DNA from: Candidatus Kaiserbacteria bacterium
GTDB taxonomy: Bacteria > Patescibacteriota > Minisyncoccia > Phycocordibacterales > UBA2100
Direction: 5' to 3'
Assembly: GCA_963767115.1 (NCBI GenBank)
Contig: CAVYCR010000003.1
Location: forward strand, 27,559 to 91,558
Length of the DNA stretch: 64,000 nucleotides
The notes beneath the pieces are model-generated. The model was given only the letters and a program-made list of their open reading frames with translations, was not told where the DNA came from and did no database searches. Every line of letters begins with the position of its first letter. The first letter of the stretch is position 1. Below are positions 19,076 through 28,557 of this stretch, piece after piece. The position numbers and the translations under genes were made by a program.

Positions 19076-20302
19076 GCTGCGATCGGCGATTTCCTTGCTG
19101 ATTCTCTCTGTGATTTCTTCGATAGAAAATGCACCGATTTTGCCCTCGCGACCCTCAAGCGTCGCAGTCTTGGAATTCACTTCCTCGTCACCGACAATAA
19201 GAAGATAGGGGATCTTCTCGAGCTTGGCCGCACGAATGCGCTTGCCGAGCGTTTCGTTGGAATCATCAATGACGACGCGGATGCCATCTTTCTTGAGTGC
19301 CGCGACAATCTCTTGCGCGTACGCTGCGTGCTTATCGGAGATTGAGAGCACTTTTGCATGCACCGGTGAGAGCCAGAGCGGTAGCGCACCGTCATAATGC
19401 TCGAGAAGTACCGCAATGCACCGTTCAAGCGAACCGGCGATAGCGGCGTGAATCATAACGATACGCTCTTTTTCCCCCTTCTCGTTTATACAAGTGAGAT
19501 CAAAGCGCTCGGGAATGTTCATATCGAGCTGGATCGTTGCCACCTGCCACTCGCGTCCGGCACTGTTTTTAGCCATGAAATCGAGCTTCGGGCCATAAAG
19601 CGCCGCTTCCCCTGGACCTTCGAAGGAGTCTGCACCGCGTTCCGTCGCGATTGCGCGCAGTTCGCCCTCAGCTTTGTCCCAGATCTCAGACGTACCGAGA
19701 TATTTCTCAGGTGTGGCCGGATCGCGGAAGGAAAGCCGCACGCGTAGCGTGAAGCCGAACGTCTTGTAGAATGTATCGACAATATCCCAGATCTTTAGAA
19801 ATTCCTCTTTCACTTGGCTGTTGCGGCAGAAGACATGCGCGTCGTCTTGAGTGATCGAAAGTACGCGGGTAAGGCCGCCGAGCTCACCGGACTGCTCATC
19901 GCGGTACACCATCGTAGTCTCCGCGTATCGCTGCGGCATTTCGCGATAACTATGCGGTTTGCGGTTGAAGATCTGCGTATGATGCGGGCAGTTCATCGGC
20001 TTCATCGCATACTCGCGGCCCTCGCGTGCGGTAATCTTAAAAAGCTCGTCGGCGAATTTCTGCCAGTGGCCTGAAGTTTCGTATAATTCCTTTTTGGTAA
20101 TATGCGGGATGGTGACGCGTTCGTAGCCGCGCTGCGCCCGCATTTCCCAGATAAACTTGTCTAATTCCTGACGGATGATAGTCCCGCGCGGCGTCCAAAG
20201 GGGAAGACCGGAACCCACCAATTCCGAAAAAGTAAAAAGATCGAGCTCCTGACCGATCTTGCGATGGTCGCGATTTTCGGATTGTGACTCTTGATCTGCC
20301 AT
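19073..20302 (-). CDS. thrS: threonine--tRNA ligase, catalytic core plus anticodon-binding domain only
   Basis: 409 aa from ATG 20302. Begins directly at ...DHRKIGQELDLFTF, the start of the class II core. No TGS or editing domain upstream; the divergent trpS starts at 20381. Confidence 0.88.
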   Translation of the reverse strand: MADQESQSENRDHRKIGQELDLFTFSELVGSGLPLWTPRGTIIRQELDKFIWEMRAQRGYERVTIPHITKKELYETSGHWQKFADELFKITAREGREYAMKPMNCPHHTQIFNRKPHSYREMPQRYAETTMVYRDEQSGELGGLTRVLSITQDDAHVFCRNSQVKEEFLKIWDIVDTFYKTFGFTLRVRLSFRDPATPEKYLGTSEIWDKAEGELRAIATERGADSFEGPGEAALYGPKLDFMAKNSAGREWQVATIQLDMNIPERFDLTCINEKGEKERIVMIHAAIAGSLERCIAVLLEHYDGALPLWLSPVHAKVLSISDKHAAYAQEIVAALKKDGIRVVIDDSNETLGKRIRAAKLEKIPYLLIVGDEEVNSKTATLEGREGKIGAFSIEEITERISKEIADRS

Positions 20303-20380
20303 ATCGCGCCATGATACCAGCATTCTTCATGTATGCCAAAGTCATTTCATACAGCCGTTTTTTCTGCTATATTTGATCCT

Positions 20381-21319
20381 ATGAAAAAGCGGCTTCTCAC
20401 GGGCATCCAATCTTCGGGCACGCTCCATATCGGCAACTATTTTGGCGCACTGAAGCCCTTTGCTGACATGTGCGAAGGATATGAGAGTTTCCTCATGGTC
20501 GCCGACTATCACGCACTCACGTCTCTGCATGACGCGGCAGCGATGCGCGCCAACATCATCAATGTCGTGAAGGATTACATTGCTGCCGGGGTCAACCCTT
20601 CTCAAGTAACCGTTTTCAAACAGTCAGACGTGCCGGAGCATATGGAGCTCGCATGGATTTTCGACTGCCTCGTCACGGTACCTTTCCTCTCGCAGGCGCA
20701 CGCATACAAAGACAAGGTCGCGAAAGGTCTCGAGGCGAACGCCGGTCTTTTTACCTACCCCATGCTCATGGCAGCAGATATTTTGCTCTATGACAGCGAA
20801 GTGGTGCCAGTAGGCGCTGATCAACGCCAACATGTGGAATACGCACGCGAAGCTGCTACTAAGTTCAACAACGCTTTTGGAGAGACGTTCAAAGAGCCGC
20901 AGGAAAAAATCATCGATGCGATTGCGACCGTCCCAGGCACCGACGGCAAGAAAATGAGTAAGAGTTATGGCAACACGATCCCGCTTTTTGGGACCAAGGA
21001 AGAAATAACCAAATCAGTCATGTCGATCCTGACTGATTCCAAAGGAGAAAGCCCTGAGAACGTCTATGCGATTCATTCACTTTTCCGCACCAAAGACGAG
21101 CTGGCGGTCATCTACAAGGCCAATAAAGGCAACTACAAGGCGCTCAAGGAAGCCCTCATCGAGGACATTGAGATGCTGGTGGCACCGATGCGCAAAGTGC
21201 GCGACGAGATCACCGATGACGACGTGAAAAAAATCCTTGAGGAGGGCGCGATCAAAGCACGCGCGATCGCTTCCAAGAAGATCGCGGATGTACGCGTGAA
21301 AGTCGGCGTCGCTATCTAA
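20381..21319 (+). CDS. trpS: tryptophan--tRNA ligase
   Basis: GIQSSGTLHIGNYFGA (HIGH-type) and KMSKS (GKKMSKSYGN). Confidence 0.92.
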   Translation: MKKRLLTGIQSSGTLHIGNYFGALKPFADMCEGYESFLMVADYHALTSLHDAAAMRANIINVVKDYIAAGVNPSQVTVFKQSDVPEHMELAWIFDCLVTVPFLSQAHAYKDKVAKGLEANAGLFTYPMLMAADILLYDSEVVPVGADQRQHVEYAREAATKFNNAFGETFKEPQEKIIDAIATVPGTDGKKMSKSYGNTIPLFGTKEEITKSVMSILTDSKGESPENVYAIHSLFRTKDELAVIYKANKGNYKALKEALIEDIEMLVAPMRKVRDEITDDDVKKILEEGAIKARAIASKKIADVRVKVGVAI

Positions 21320-21330
21320 GCAAATTATTT

Positions 21331-22659
21331 ATGGAACGAACACTTATTGCTGATTTGAATACCAAAATAGGAGAAACTGTCTTGATCAAGGGTTCGGTGT
21401 CGGTGCGGCGCGACCAAGGCAAGATGATTTTCTTTGATTTCCGCGACATGAGCGGCACGGTACAGGGCGTCGTCCTGCCAAGCTCCGGCGCAATGGAGAT
21501 CGCGAAGGAAATACGCACGGAATACGTCGTGTCGATAGAAGGAACGGTAAACAAGCGTCCCGACAAAAACGTACAACAAGGTAAGGTGAATGGTGACATA
21601 GAGCTACAAATCGAGAAAGTCGATATAGTGAGTGCGCCGCGAGATTTGCCGTTTGACCTCGATGCGGATGTGAACCTCGATATTCTGCTTGATTACCGAC
21701 CGTATACGCTTCGCAACAAGCGCAATCGGGACATCTTCAAGGTACAGGCAACGATCGTCGAAGCGTATCGTCAGGCACTGCGCAAGCGCTCGTTTACAGA
21801 ATTCCAAGCGCCGGCACTTGTCGGTGGAGACGCAGAAGGCGGTGCGGCAGTGTTCAAGGTTGAATATTTCAATGATACGCTCGCATATCTGGCGACCAGC
21901 CCGCAACTGTATAAGCAGATTATGGTCGGACCGTTTGAACGAGCATTTACTATCGCGAAGATCTTCCGCGCCGAGAAGAGCGCTACAACGCGCCACGTCG
22001 CTGAGCTCACACAGATGGACTTCGAGATGGGGTTCATAGAAGATCATACCGACGTGATGAATGTCTTGCGAGACGTCGTTCGCGATGTCGTCAGTGCCGT
22101 TGCCAAAGAGCATGCACAGATTTTGGAGGAATTTGGTACAAGCGTGCCGCTCGCTCCGGAAGAGTTTCCGACGTTTACTTTGCGCGAAGCGCAGGAGATC
22201 ATCAAGCGTGAATTTGGCCGTGACGTTGTCGGTGAGCTCGATATGGAGCCGGAAGACGAACGCCAGATCTGCGAGTGGGCGAAGAAGGAGTACGCATCGG
22301 ATTTCGTATTCATCACCGAATACCCGACGAAGAAGCGCGCCTTCTATACCTACGCTAAGCCCGACGAACCCGAGATATCGCGCAGTTTCGACCTGCTTTT
22401 TCGCGGTCTTGAGATCAACAGCGGCAGTCAACGTATTCACGATTACGATGAAATGATCGCCAAGATCGAGTTGCGCGGTATGGACCCGAAGAAATTCTCA
22501 TTTTACTTGCAAGCCTTCAAGTACGGCATGCCGCCGCACGGCGGGTGTTCAACAGGCCTTGAACGCATCACGGCGCGCATGCTCGAGCTCGCCAATGTGA
22601 AGGAGGCATCTGCATTCCCGCGCGACATGACCCGCATCGATAACCGCATCAACGAATAG
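21331..22659 (+). CDS. aspS: aspartate--tRNA ligase, short archaeal/eukaryal-type
   Basis: 442 aa. N-terminal OB fold and class II motifs (FRAEKSATTRH, GGCSTGLERI). Lacks the bacterial-type insertion domain. Confidence 0.88.
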   Translation: MERTLIADLNTKIGETVLIKGSVSVRRDQGKMIFFDFRDMSGTVQGVVLPSSGAMEIAKEIRTEYVVSIEGTVNKRPDKNVQQGKVNGDIELQIEKVDIVSAPRDLPFDLDADVNLDILLDYRPYTLRNKRNRDIFKVQATIVEAYRQALRKRSFTEFQAPALVGGDAEGGAAVFKVEYFNDTLAYLATSPQLYKQIMVGPFERAFTIAKIFRAEKSATTRHVAELTQMDFEMGFIEDHTDVMNVLRDVVRDVVSAVAKEHAQILEEFGTSVPLAPEEFPTFTLREAQEIIKREFGRDVVGELDMEPEDERQICEWAKKEYASDFVFITEYPTKKRAFYTYAKPDEPEISRSFDLLFRGLEINSGSQRIHDYDEMIAKIELRGMDPKKFSFYLQAFKYGMPPHGGCSTGLERITARMLELANVKEASAFPRDMTRIDNRINE

Positions 22660-22660
22660 C

Positions 22661-23392
22661 ATGGATGACACATTCACCATCCAGAGTGAAGTCTTCCAGG
22701 GGCCGCTTGAGAAGCTCTTGGATCTGATCGAGGGGCGCAAGATGTCGATCAGCGAGGTCTCGCTCTCCGAGGTGTGCGACGCGTATCTTGCCTATGTGGA
22801 GCAATTGCCCGAGCTGCCGCTTGGCGAGACCTCACAATTTATCCTGACTGCTGCTACATTGCTCCTGATCAAGTCGCGTACGCTTCTGCCCACGCTCGAG
22901 CTCACAAGCGACGAGCGTGAGTCAGTCGAAGAACTGGAGCGCCGCCTCGCGCGTTACGCGATCATACGTGCCGCAGCTAAACTCTTGCGCAAGGAATGGG
23001 GAAGGTCGCCGCTTGTGCTGGCACACAGTACTCCGGCACGTCCTGCGACATTCACGCCTGCCGAGGCAAGTCTTGAGAGTATCAAGCACGCCGCCCTTAA
23101 GCTTCTCCACTCATTGCCACACGCCTCTGTGCTCGCTGAAGCGGCGGTGAAGCCCGTCGTCGCACTCGAAGATGTGATCAAGGACTTACACGCTCGCTTG
23201 CGTACTGCGATCCGCACGCGCTGGAGCGAGCTCACACGCGAGACGTCCGATAGGCACGAAATCATCGTCCACTTTCTAGCCGTCTTGGAGTTGGTACGTA
23301 ACGGCAGCGCGAGCGTCACGCAGGCAGAGCTCTTTAGCGATATTACGATAGAATTGGAAGGCATGTCGGGTGCCCCGCGCTACGGCGTGTAA
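22661..23392 (+). CDS. scpA: segregation and condensation protein A
   Basis: 243 aa. FQGPLEKLLDLIEGRKMSISEVSLSEV is a typical ScpA N-terminus. Confidence 0.85.
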   Translation: MDDTFTIQSEVFQGPLEKLLDLIEGRKMSISEVSLSEVCDAYLAYVEQLPELPLGETSQFILTAATLLLIKSRTLLPTLELTSDERESVEELERRLARYAIIRAAAKLLRKEWGRSPLVLAHSTPARPATFTPAEASLESIKHAALKLLHSLPHASVLAEAAVKPVVALEDVIKDLHARLRTAIRTRWSELTRETSDRHEIIVHFLAVLELVRNGSASVTQAELFSDITIELEGMSGAPRYGV

Positions 23393-23397
23393 TCACT

Positions 23398-23970
23398 ATG
23401 ACCAACGAAGACCGCGCATCATTGGCACAAGCATTCCTCTTCGCAGAAGGAGGGACTTTGTCGTACAAAAAACTTGAGGCGCTACTTGAATGCGATCGCG
23501 CGGAGCTGGTGCGTACACTGCATGAAATCACCGGCAGACTGCAGGGGAGTGGTCTTGTACTGATCCAGACAGAAACCGAGGCAACGCTCGCAGTCGCGCC
23601 AGCGCAGAGCGAGCATTTGCGAGCCCAGTATGAAAAAGAATTGGGTAGAGAAATAGGCGAAGCGGGTCTTGAGGTCCTCGCGATACTCCTGTATCGCGGT
23701 GCTTCGACGCGAAGCGGGATCGACTACATCCGCGGTGTGAACACCTCTTCGACCGTGCGCAACTTGCTTGCGCGTGGACTCATCGAGCGCGCGGGAAATC
23801 CCGCAGATAGTCGAGAGTACCTCTATCGTCCGACCGCAGAACTACTGGCTCATTTGGGCGTCTCCGACATGACAGAACTACCTGAACATGGTAAAATCAC
23901 TTCCGAATTACAAGCATTTGAGCAATCACAAAAAGCGGCCGAGCCGTTTGACGGGACTAAGAGCGCATAG
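23398..23970 (+). CDS. scpB: segregation and condensation protein B
   Basis: 190 aa with tandem winged-helix ScpB-like sequence (GLEVLAILLYRGASTRSGIDYIRG), adjacent to scpA. Confidence 0.82.
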   Translation: MTNEDRASLAQAFLFAEGGTLSYKKLEALLECDRAELVRTLHEITGRLQGSGLVLIQTETEATLAVAPAQSEHLRAQYEKELGREIGEAGLEVLAILLYRGASTRSGIDYIRGVNTSSTVRNLLARGLIERAGNPADSREYLYRPTAELLAHLGVSDMTELPEHGKITSELQAFEQSQKAAEPFDGTKSA

Positions 23971-23982
23971 CCAATACCAGGT

Positions 23983-25035
23983 ATGAACGAGCCGGAAATG
24001 AATCAGGCGCCACAGGAGGCGCAGCAGGTCGTGCCACGATTGTCGCAGCACGTTTTTGGCGTAGTAGCGCTTGCGATTGTATTTGTCGCAAGTGCAGGCT
24101 TCACCTACGCCTATTTCGTCGAGCAAACTCCACTGCCTGCAGACCACCAAGAAGCGGCCGCTGTTGTCGCTTTCATGCCGGATTTAAATGCGTATTCCAA
24201 TATGTCGCTCCAAGCACAGAGCGCCTACGTGTACGACATCAAAGAGCAGCAGCCGCTCTTCGCGCTCAATCCGGACGCACAAAGGCCGCTCGCGTCGCTT
24301 ACAAAGGTCGCGATGGCACTCGCTGTTTCTCCCGTACTTGCATCTGACAGCACGATCACTATTCCTTATAGCACAGGCGCGCCAGGAGAAGTCGATGCAC
24401 TGTTTCAGGGTGACGTGTGGCGCGAGCAAGATCTGATGGACTTCACGCTTGTGATGTCCAACAACGACGGAGCTGACTTCCTCGCCGAAGCGGCCAACAA
24501 TGCAATTCACGGCCAGTATCCGCTCGCTCCGCTCACGAGCACGACGAGTGCAACCATCTGGCGTATGAACGACATCGCCTCGAGTCTCGGCCTGAGCGAT
24601 ATGTATTTTATCAACGACAATGGTCTTGATATCGATGCCACTCATTCAGGTGCATACGGCTCAGCACGCGATGTCGCTACGCTCATGGCATACGCTGCGT
24701 CGACCTCGCTTCCGGTCTTTGCAGATACGGTCAGAAGCAACCTTTCGTTCACGACCGTCAACGGCGCAAAAGCATCTGCAGTCAACACTGACGAAGCGCT
24801 CGGCAACATTCCCGGAATCATCATGGGGAAAACTGGCTACACCGAGCTTGCAGGCGGCAACCTTGCTGTGGTCTTCGACGTGGGGCCGGACCATCCGGTC
24901 GTTGCGGTCGTCATGGGCTCCTCCGAGACCGGACGATTTACCGATATGGAGACCCTTGTGGCAGCCACCATCAAGGCGATCAACAACGCAACCACGACAA
25001 TGGTGACACAAGGTACTGACAGCACCAATCAATAG
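23983..25035 (+). CDS. D-alanyl-D-alanine carboxypeptidase (serine-type, S11-like)
   Basis: SxxK (SLTKV), SxN (SNND) and KTG (GKTGYT) motifs, with an N-terminal membrane anchor. Confidence 0.85.
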   Translation: MNEPEMNQAPQEAQQVVPRLSQHVFGVVALAIVFVASAGFTYAYFVEQTPLPADHQEAAAVVAFMPDLNAYSNMSLQAQSAYVYDIKEQQPLFALNPDAQRPLASLTKVAMALAVSPVLASDSTITIPYSTGAPGEVDALFQGDVWREQDLMDFTLVMSNNDGADFLAEAANNAIHGQYPLAPLTSTTSATIWRMNDIASSLGLSDMYFINDNGLDIDATHSGAYGSARDVATLMAYAASTSLPVFADTVRSNLSFTTVNGAKASAVNTDEALGNIPGIIMGKTGYTELAGGNLAVVFDVGPDHPVVAVVMGSSETGRFTDMETLVAATIKAINNATTTMVTQGTDSTNQ

Positions 25036-25041
25036 AGCGCT

Positions 25042-26109
25042 ATGATCTCCGCCTTCAATACCGTCAAGATTCTTCTGCCTGCAGTGCTCGCTTTCTGGGT
25101 AGGCATCGCTGCTACGCCGCTTCTGACCAATTATCTTTACAAATACAAGGTCTGGAAAAAGAAAGGCGGCAAGAAGACACTCGACGGCAAAGCTGCCGAG
25201 GAGTTCAACAGACTTCACGCAGAAGGTGAGACCAAGACCCCACGTATGGGGGGCATCGTTGTGTGGGGTAGTGTCATCATAACCACCCTCACTGTCAGCC
25301 TCATTGCACACCTGTTGCCAGGGAGCCACGCTGCAGACATTGATTATCTGAGCCGAAACGAGACATGGATACCTTTTTTCACACTTGGAGTGGGCGCCCT
25401 CGTCGGTTTTATCAATGATTGGATGGACGTTACTGAGAAAGGGCACGGGATGCCACTACGGTATCGGCTCATGATTATTTTTATACTTTCACTTTTCATC
25501 GGATGGTGGTTCTGGGCCAAGCTCGGCGTCACTGTGATCGACGTACCGTTTGGCACACCATTTACACTCGGGATTTTTATCGTGCCTTTTTTTATACTCC
25601 TGTCGCTGTGCCTGTACGCTTCGGGCGTCATCGACGGTATCGACGGTCTCTCGCCGGGCGTGTTTGCTTCCATCTTTGCCTCATATACAATCATCGCTTT
25701 TGGAGAAAATCAGATAGCGCTCGCCGGTTTTTGCGCATCGGTGGTCGGTGGGCTGCTCGCATTCCTATGGTTCAACATTCCGCCTGCACGCTTCTACATG
25801 AGCGAGACGGGCACGATGGCGCTCACTCTCACTATTGCCGTCATCGCCTTCATGACCGACAACCTTGGCTCTGGCGTGGGCATTGCGGTCTTACCGATCA
25901 TTGCCGCGCTCCTTTTCGCAACCGTCGCATCAAACGTCCTGCAAGTCTTCTGGAAGAAAGTATTTCATCGCAAGCTTTTCCGTATTGCGCCTCTGCACCA
26001 CCACTTCGAAGCGATTGGCTGGCCCGGATATAAGGTCGTGATGCGCTACTGGGTACTTTCCGTCATTTGCGCTTTTGCCGGCGTCATCGTCGCACTGATC
26101 TCGATCTAG
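25042..26109 (+). CDS. mraY: phospho-N-acetylmuramoyl-pentapeptide transferase
   Basis: 355-aa polytopic protein with MraY motifs (PRMGGIV, IDGIDGL, APLHHHFE). Confidence 0.93.
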   Translation: MISAFNTVKILLPAVLAFWVGIAATPLLTNYLYKYKVWKKKGGKKTLDGKAAEEFNRLHAEGETKTPRMGGIVVWGSVIITTLTVSLIAHLLPGSHAADIDYLSRNETWIPFFTLGVGALVGFINDWMDVTEKGHGMPLRYRLMIIFILSLFIGWWFWAKLGVTVIDVPFGTPFTLGIFIVPFFILLSLCLYASGVIDGIDGLSPGVFASIFASYTIIAFGENQIALAGFCASVVGGLLAFLWFNIPPARFYMSETGTMALTLTIAVIAFMTDNLGSGVGIAVLPIIAALLFATVASNVLQVFWKKVFHRKLFRIAPLHHHFEAIGWPGYKVVMRYWVLSVICAFAGVIVALISI

Positions 26110-26111
26110 CC

Positions 26112-27236
26112 ATGCAACGAATCCGCAACAAAATGGGCCCTGTAGACCGACCGTTTGCAATTCTCGTAGCAATACTCGTGGTCGGCGGGTGCATGATTTT
26201 CTCATCAGCAGCCTTCGGGCTGCTTGCACGCGGTACCACAGGTATTTCTTCTGTTGTGTTCAACCATCTTGTACTCGGCGTCGGCGCGGGGCTTGTCGGG
26301 CTGATCCTCACGGCCTCGATTGACTATCGGCAATGGCGGCGTCTGGCGCCATATCTCTATGGCATGTCAGTCTTCCTCACCGCACTCGTCTTCGTACCGC
26401 ACCTCGGTGCTATATACGAGGGGGGTCAACGTTGGATCCTCGTATTCCATTTTTCATTCCAACCTTCAGAGCTTATGAAAATCGGTTCGATCACTATGGC
26501 AGCCGCGTATTTCTCTACGATGAAAGAAAAAACAGCAACACTCCGATACGGTCTCGGCGGCCTTTGTGCACTGCTAGCATTACCGGCACTCCTTCTTGTC
26601 GGCCAGCCCGACCTCGGCACGCTCGGCGTCATCTGCGTGTCAGTCCTTGCGGTATTTTGGGTCGCCGGAGCACGCTGGTGGCACATAGTCGGACTCGTCT
26701 TCTCGGGCATCGTAGCAATAGCATTACTTGCGCTCGTGCAGCCGTACGTGCATGCGCGTGTCGAGACATTCCTGCACCCATCCAAAGGCCAACAAACACA
26801 GAGCTACCAACTCAAGCAATCTCTCATCGCGATCGGATCAGGCGAAATACTCGGGCGCGGCTTCGGCCAAGGTATTCAGAAATTTACCTATCTGCCGGAG
26901 CCGATGGGGGACTCGATCTTTGCTGTGGCAGGAGAAGAGCTTGGCTTCGTAGGTGCCTTCGCTATCGTCGCGCTCTTCCTCGCTTTTGCTCTGCGGGGCT
27001 TTAGTATTTCCTCGCGCGCGCCGGATACCTTTGGCGTACTTCTGGGCGTCGGCATTGCCACGTACCTCGGGTCCGAAGCATTCATCAACATCGCGGCAAT
27101 GATCGGCATCGCACCGCTTACCGGCATCCCGCTTACCTTTATAAGCCAGGGCGGTAGCGCTATGCTTGCCTCGCTCACCAGCGCCGGTATTCTCCTGAAT
27201 ATCTCGCGTCAAAATACGCGGAAAAAGTCTGCATAA
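26112..27236 (+). CDS. ftsW: SEDS-family peptidoglycan polymerase FtsW/RodA
   Basis: Polytopic protein with a SEDS C-terminal motif (GIPLTFISQGGSAML). Start at ATG 26112, right after the mraY stop. Confidence 0.88.
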   Translation: MQRIRNKMGPVDRPFAILVAILVVGGCMIFSSAAFGLLARGTTGISSVVFNHLVLGVGAGLVGLILTASIDYRQWRRLAPYLYGMSVFLTALVFVPHLGAIYEGGQRWILVFHFSFQPSELMKIGSITMAAAYFSTMKEKTATLRYGLGGLCALLALPALLLVGQPDLGTLGVICVSVLAVFWVAGARWWHIVGLVFSGIVAIALLALVQPYVHARVETFLHPSKGQQTQSYQLKQSLIAIGSGEILGRGFGQGIQKFTYLPEPMGDSIFAVAGEELGFVGAFAIVALFLAFALRGFSISSRAPDTFGVLLGVGIATYLGSEAFINIAAMIGIAPLTGIPLTFISQGGSAMLASLTSAGILLNISRQNTRKKSA

Positions 27237-27250
27237 ACAGCACGGTTCGT

Positions 27251-27365
27251 GCGTATCCTCTCGTTACATATTTTTGAAGCCGAGGACCGAACCCGCAGAC
27301 CGCGAAGCGGGCGTGAGGGCGCTTGCGTCCCGCAGGATTCAAAAATATGTAACGAGAGGATACGC
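27251..27365. repeat. foldback element: perfect 28-bp arms and a 59-nt GC-rich core
   Basis: Arms 27251-27278 and 27338-27365 are exact reverse complements, between ftsW and murG. Confidence 0.8.
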
Positions 27366-27414
27366 CATGCACACACAGTTTGAACACACGCAATCCCGCG
27401 ATACAATAGGTAGA

Positions 27415-28557
27415 ATGAAAATCGTACTGGTAGGCGGAGGCTCGGGAGGTCATTTCTACCCGCTTATCGCGGTTGCAGAGTCCGTACAAGACATATGCGA
27501 GGAACGGCATTTTATCGAGCCGGAAATATATTACATGGGACCTGCGCCTTTTGACTCCGAGGCACTTGAGGAGTACGACATCATATACAAATCATCGCCC
27601 GCAGGTAAGACGCGCCGATACGCAAGCGCGCTTACTATTTTTGGCTTCTTTGCCACCGGCATCGGTATCATACGCGCCACTTCTCAGCTCTTTAGTATTT
27701 ATCCCGACGTAATTTTCTCGACAGGTGGGTACGCCGCTTTCCCGACCCTGTGCGCTGCGCGCCTCTTGAAGATCCCTGTAATGATCTACGACGCTGATTC
27801 GACGCCCGGTCGGGTCTCGCTCTGGTCGTCCAAGTTTGCACAATGGATCGCGGTCGCGCATCCCGACGCCGCGCAAAACTTCCCAGCAAAGGTACGATCA
27901 AAAATCGCGCGCATCGGACATCCGATCCGCAAGGAAATAATCTCACCGGCCAAAGAGGGTGGTTACGAATTCCTAAAGCTCGATCCGAGCGTACCGACGA
28001 TACTGATCATGGGAGGCTCGCAGGGTGCACGCGCTATCAACGAGACGGTGCTCGACGCGCTAGCCGAGCTCGTTCTCTCATACAACGTGATCCATCAGGC
28101 GGGCAAGGTGAACCTCGAGGAGACTGCCGGTATCGCATCGGTCATTCTCAAGGATTCGCCGCATGCCAATCGTTATCGCGTCTTCGGACTCCTCAACACG
28201 CTCGCCGAGCGCATGTCGGCAGGCATCGCGACACTTGTCGTCGCCCGCGCCGGCAGCGGCACCATCTTCGAAGTCGCCTCATGGGGCATCCCCACGATTC
28301 TTGTGCCGATACCAGAAGATGTATCGCACGATCAGACCGAAAACGCGTTCGCGTACGCACGTTCGGGCGCGGCACAGGTGATCGAACAGCGCAACCTGAC
28401 GCCGCATATTTTGCTCGAGGAAGTGAGTCGCATAGTAGGCGATCAAGCGCTGCGACAGAAGATGTCTGAGGCGGCGAAAGCCTATGCACGCCCCGACGCA
28501 GCACGTAAAATCGCAACGATCCTTCTCGACACGGCCGTCGAGCATCAACCTCTATGA
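27415..28557 (+). CDS. murG: UDP-N-acetylglucosamine--N-acetylmuramyl-(pentapeptide) pyrophosphoryl-undecaprenol GlcNAc transferase
   Basis: MKIVLVGGGSGGHFYP N-terminus and GT28 C-domain. Start at ATG 27415, downstream of the foldback. Confidence 0.9.
   Translation: MKIVLVGGGSGGHFYPLIAVAESVQDICEERHFIEPEIYYMGPAPFDSEALEEYDIIYKSSPAGKTRRYASALTIFGFFATGIGIIRATSQLFSIYPDVIFSTGGYAAFPTLCAARLLKIPVMIYDADSTPGRVSLWSSKFAQWIAVAHPDAAQNFPAKVRSKIARIGHPIRKEIISPAKEGGYEFLKLDPSVPTILIMGGSQGARAINETVLDALAELVLSYNVIHQAGKVNLEETAGIASVILKDSPHANRYRVFGLLNTLAERMSAGIATLVVARAGSGTIFEVASWGIPTILVPIPEDVSHDQTENAFAYARSGAAQVIEQRNLTPHILLEEVSRIVGDQALRQKMSEAAKAYARPDAARKIATILLDTAVEHQPL

Noticed and set aside
27274-27414. N-terminal extension of murG (and similarly 15274-15387, 17398-17451, 26067-26111, 20333-20380)
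   Set aside because: The extensions run through foldback or terminator hairpins or the upstream gene. They encode Arg-rich junk, whereas internal ATGs give canonical N-termini.
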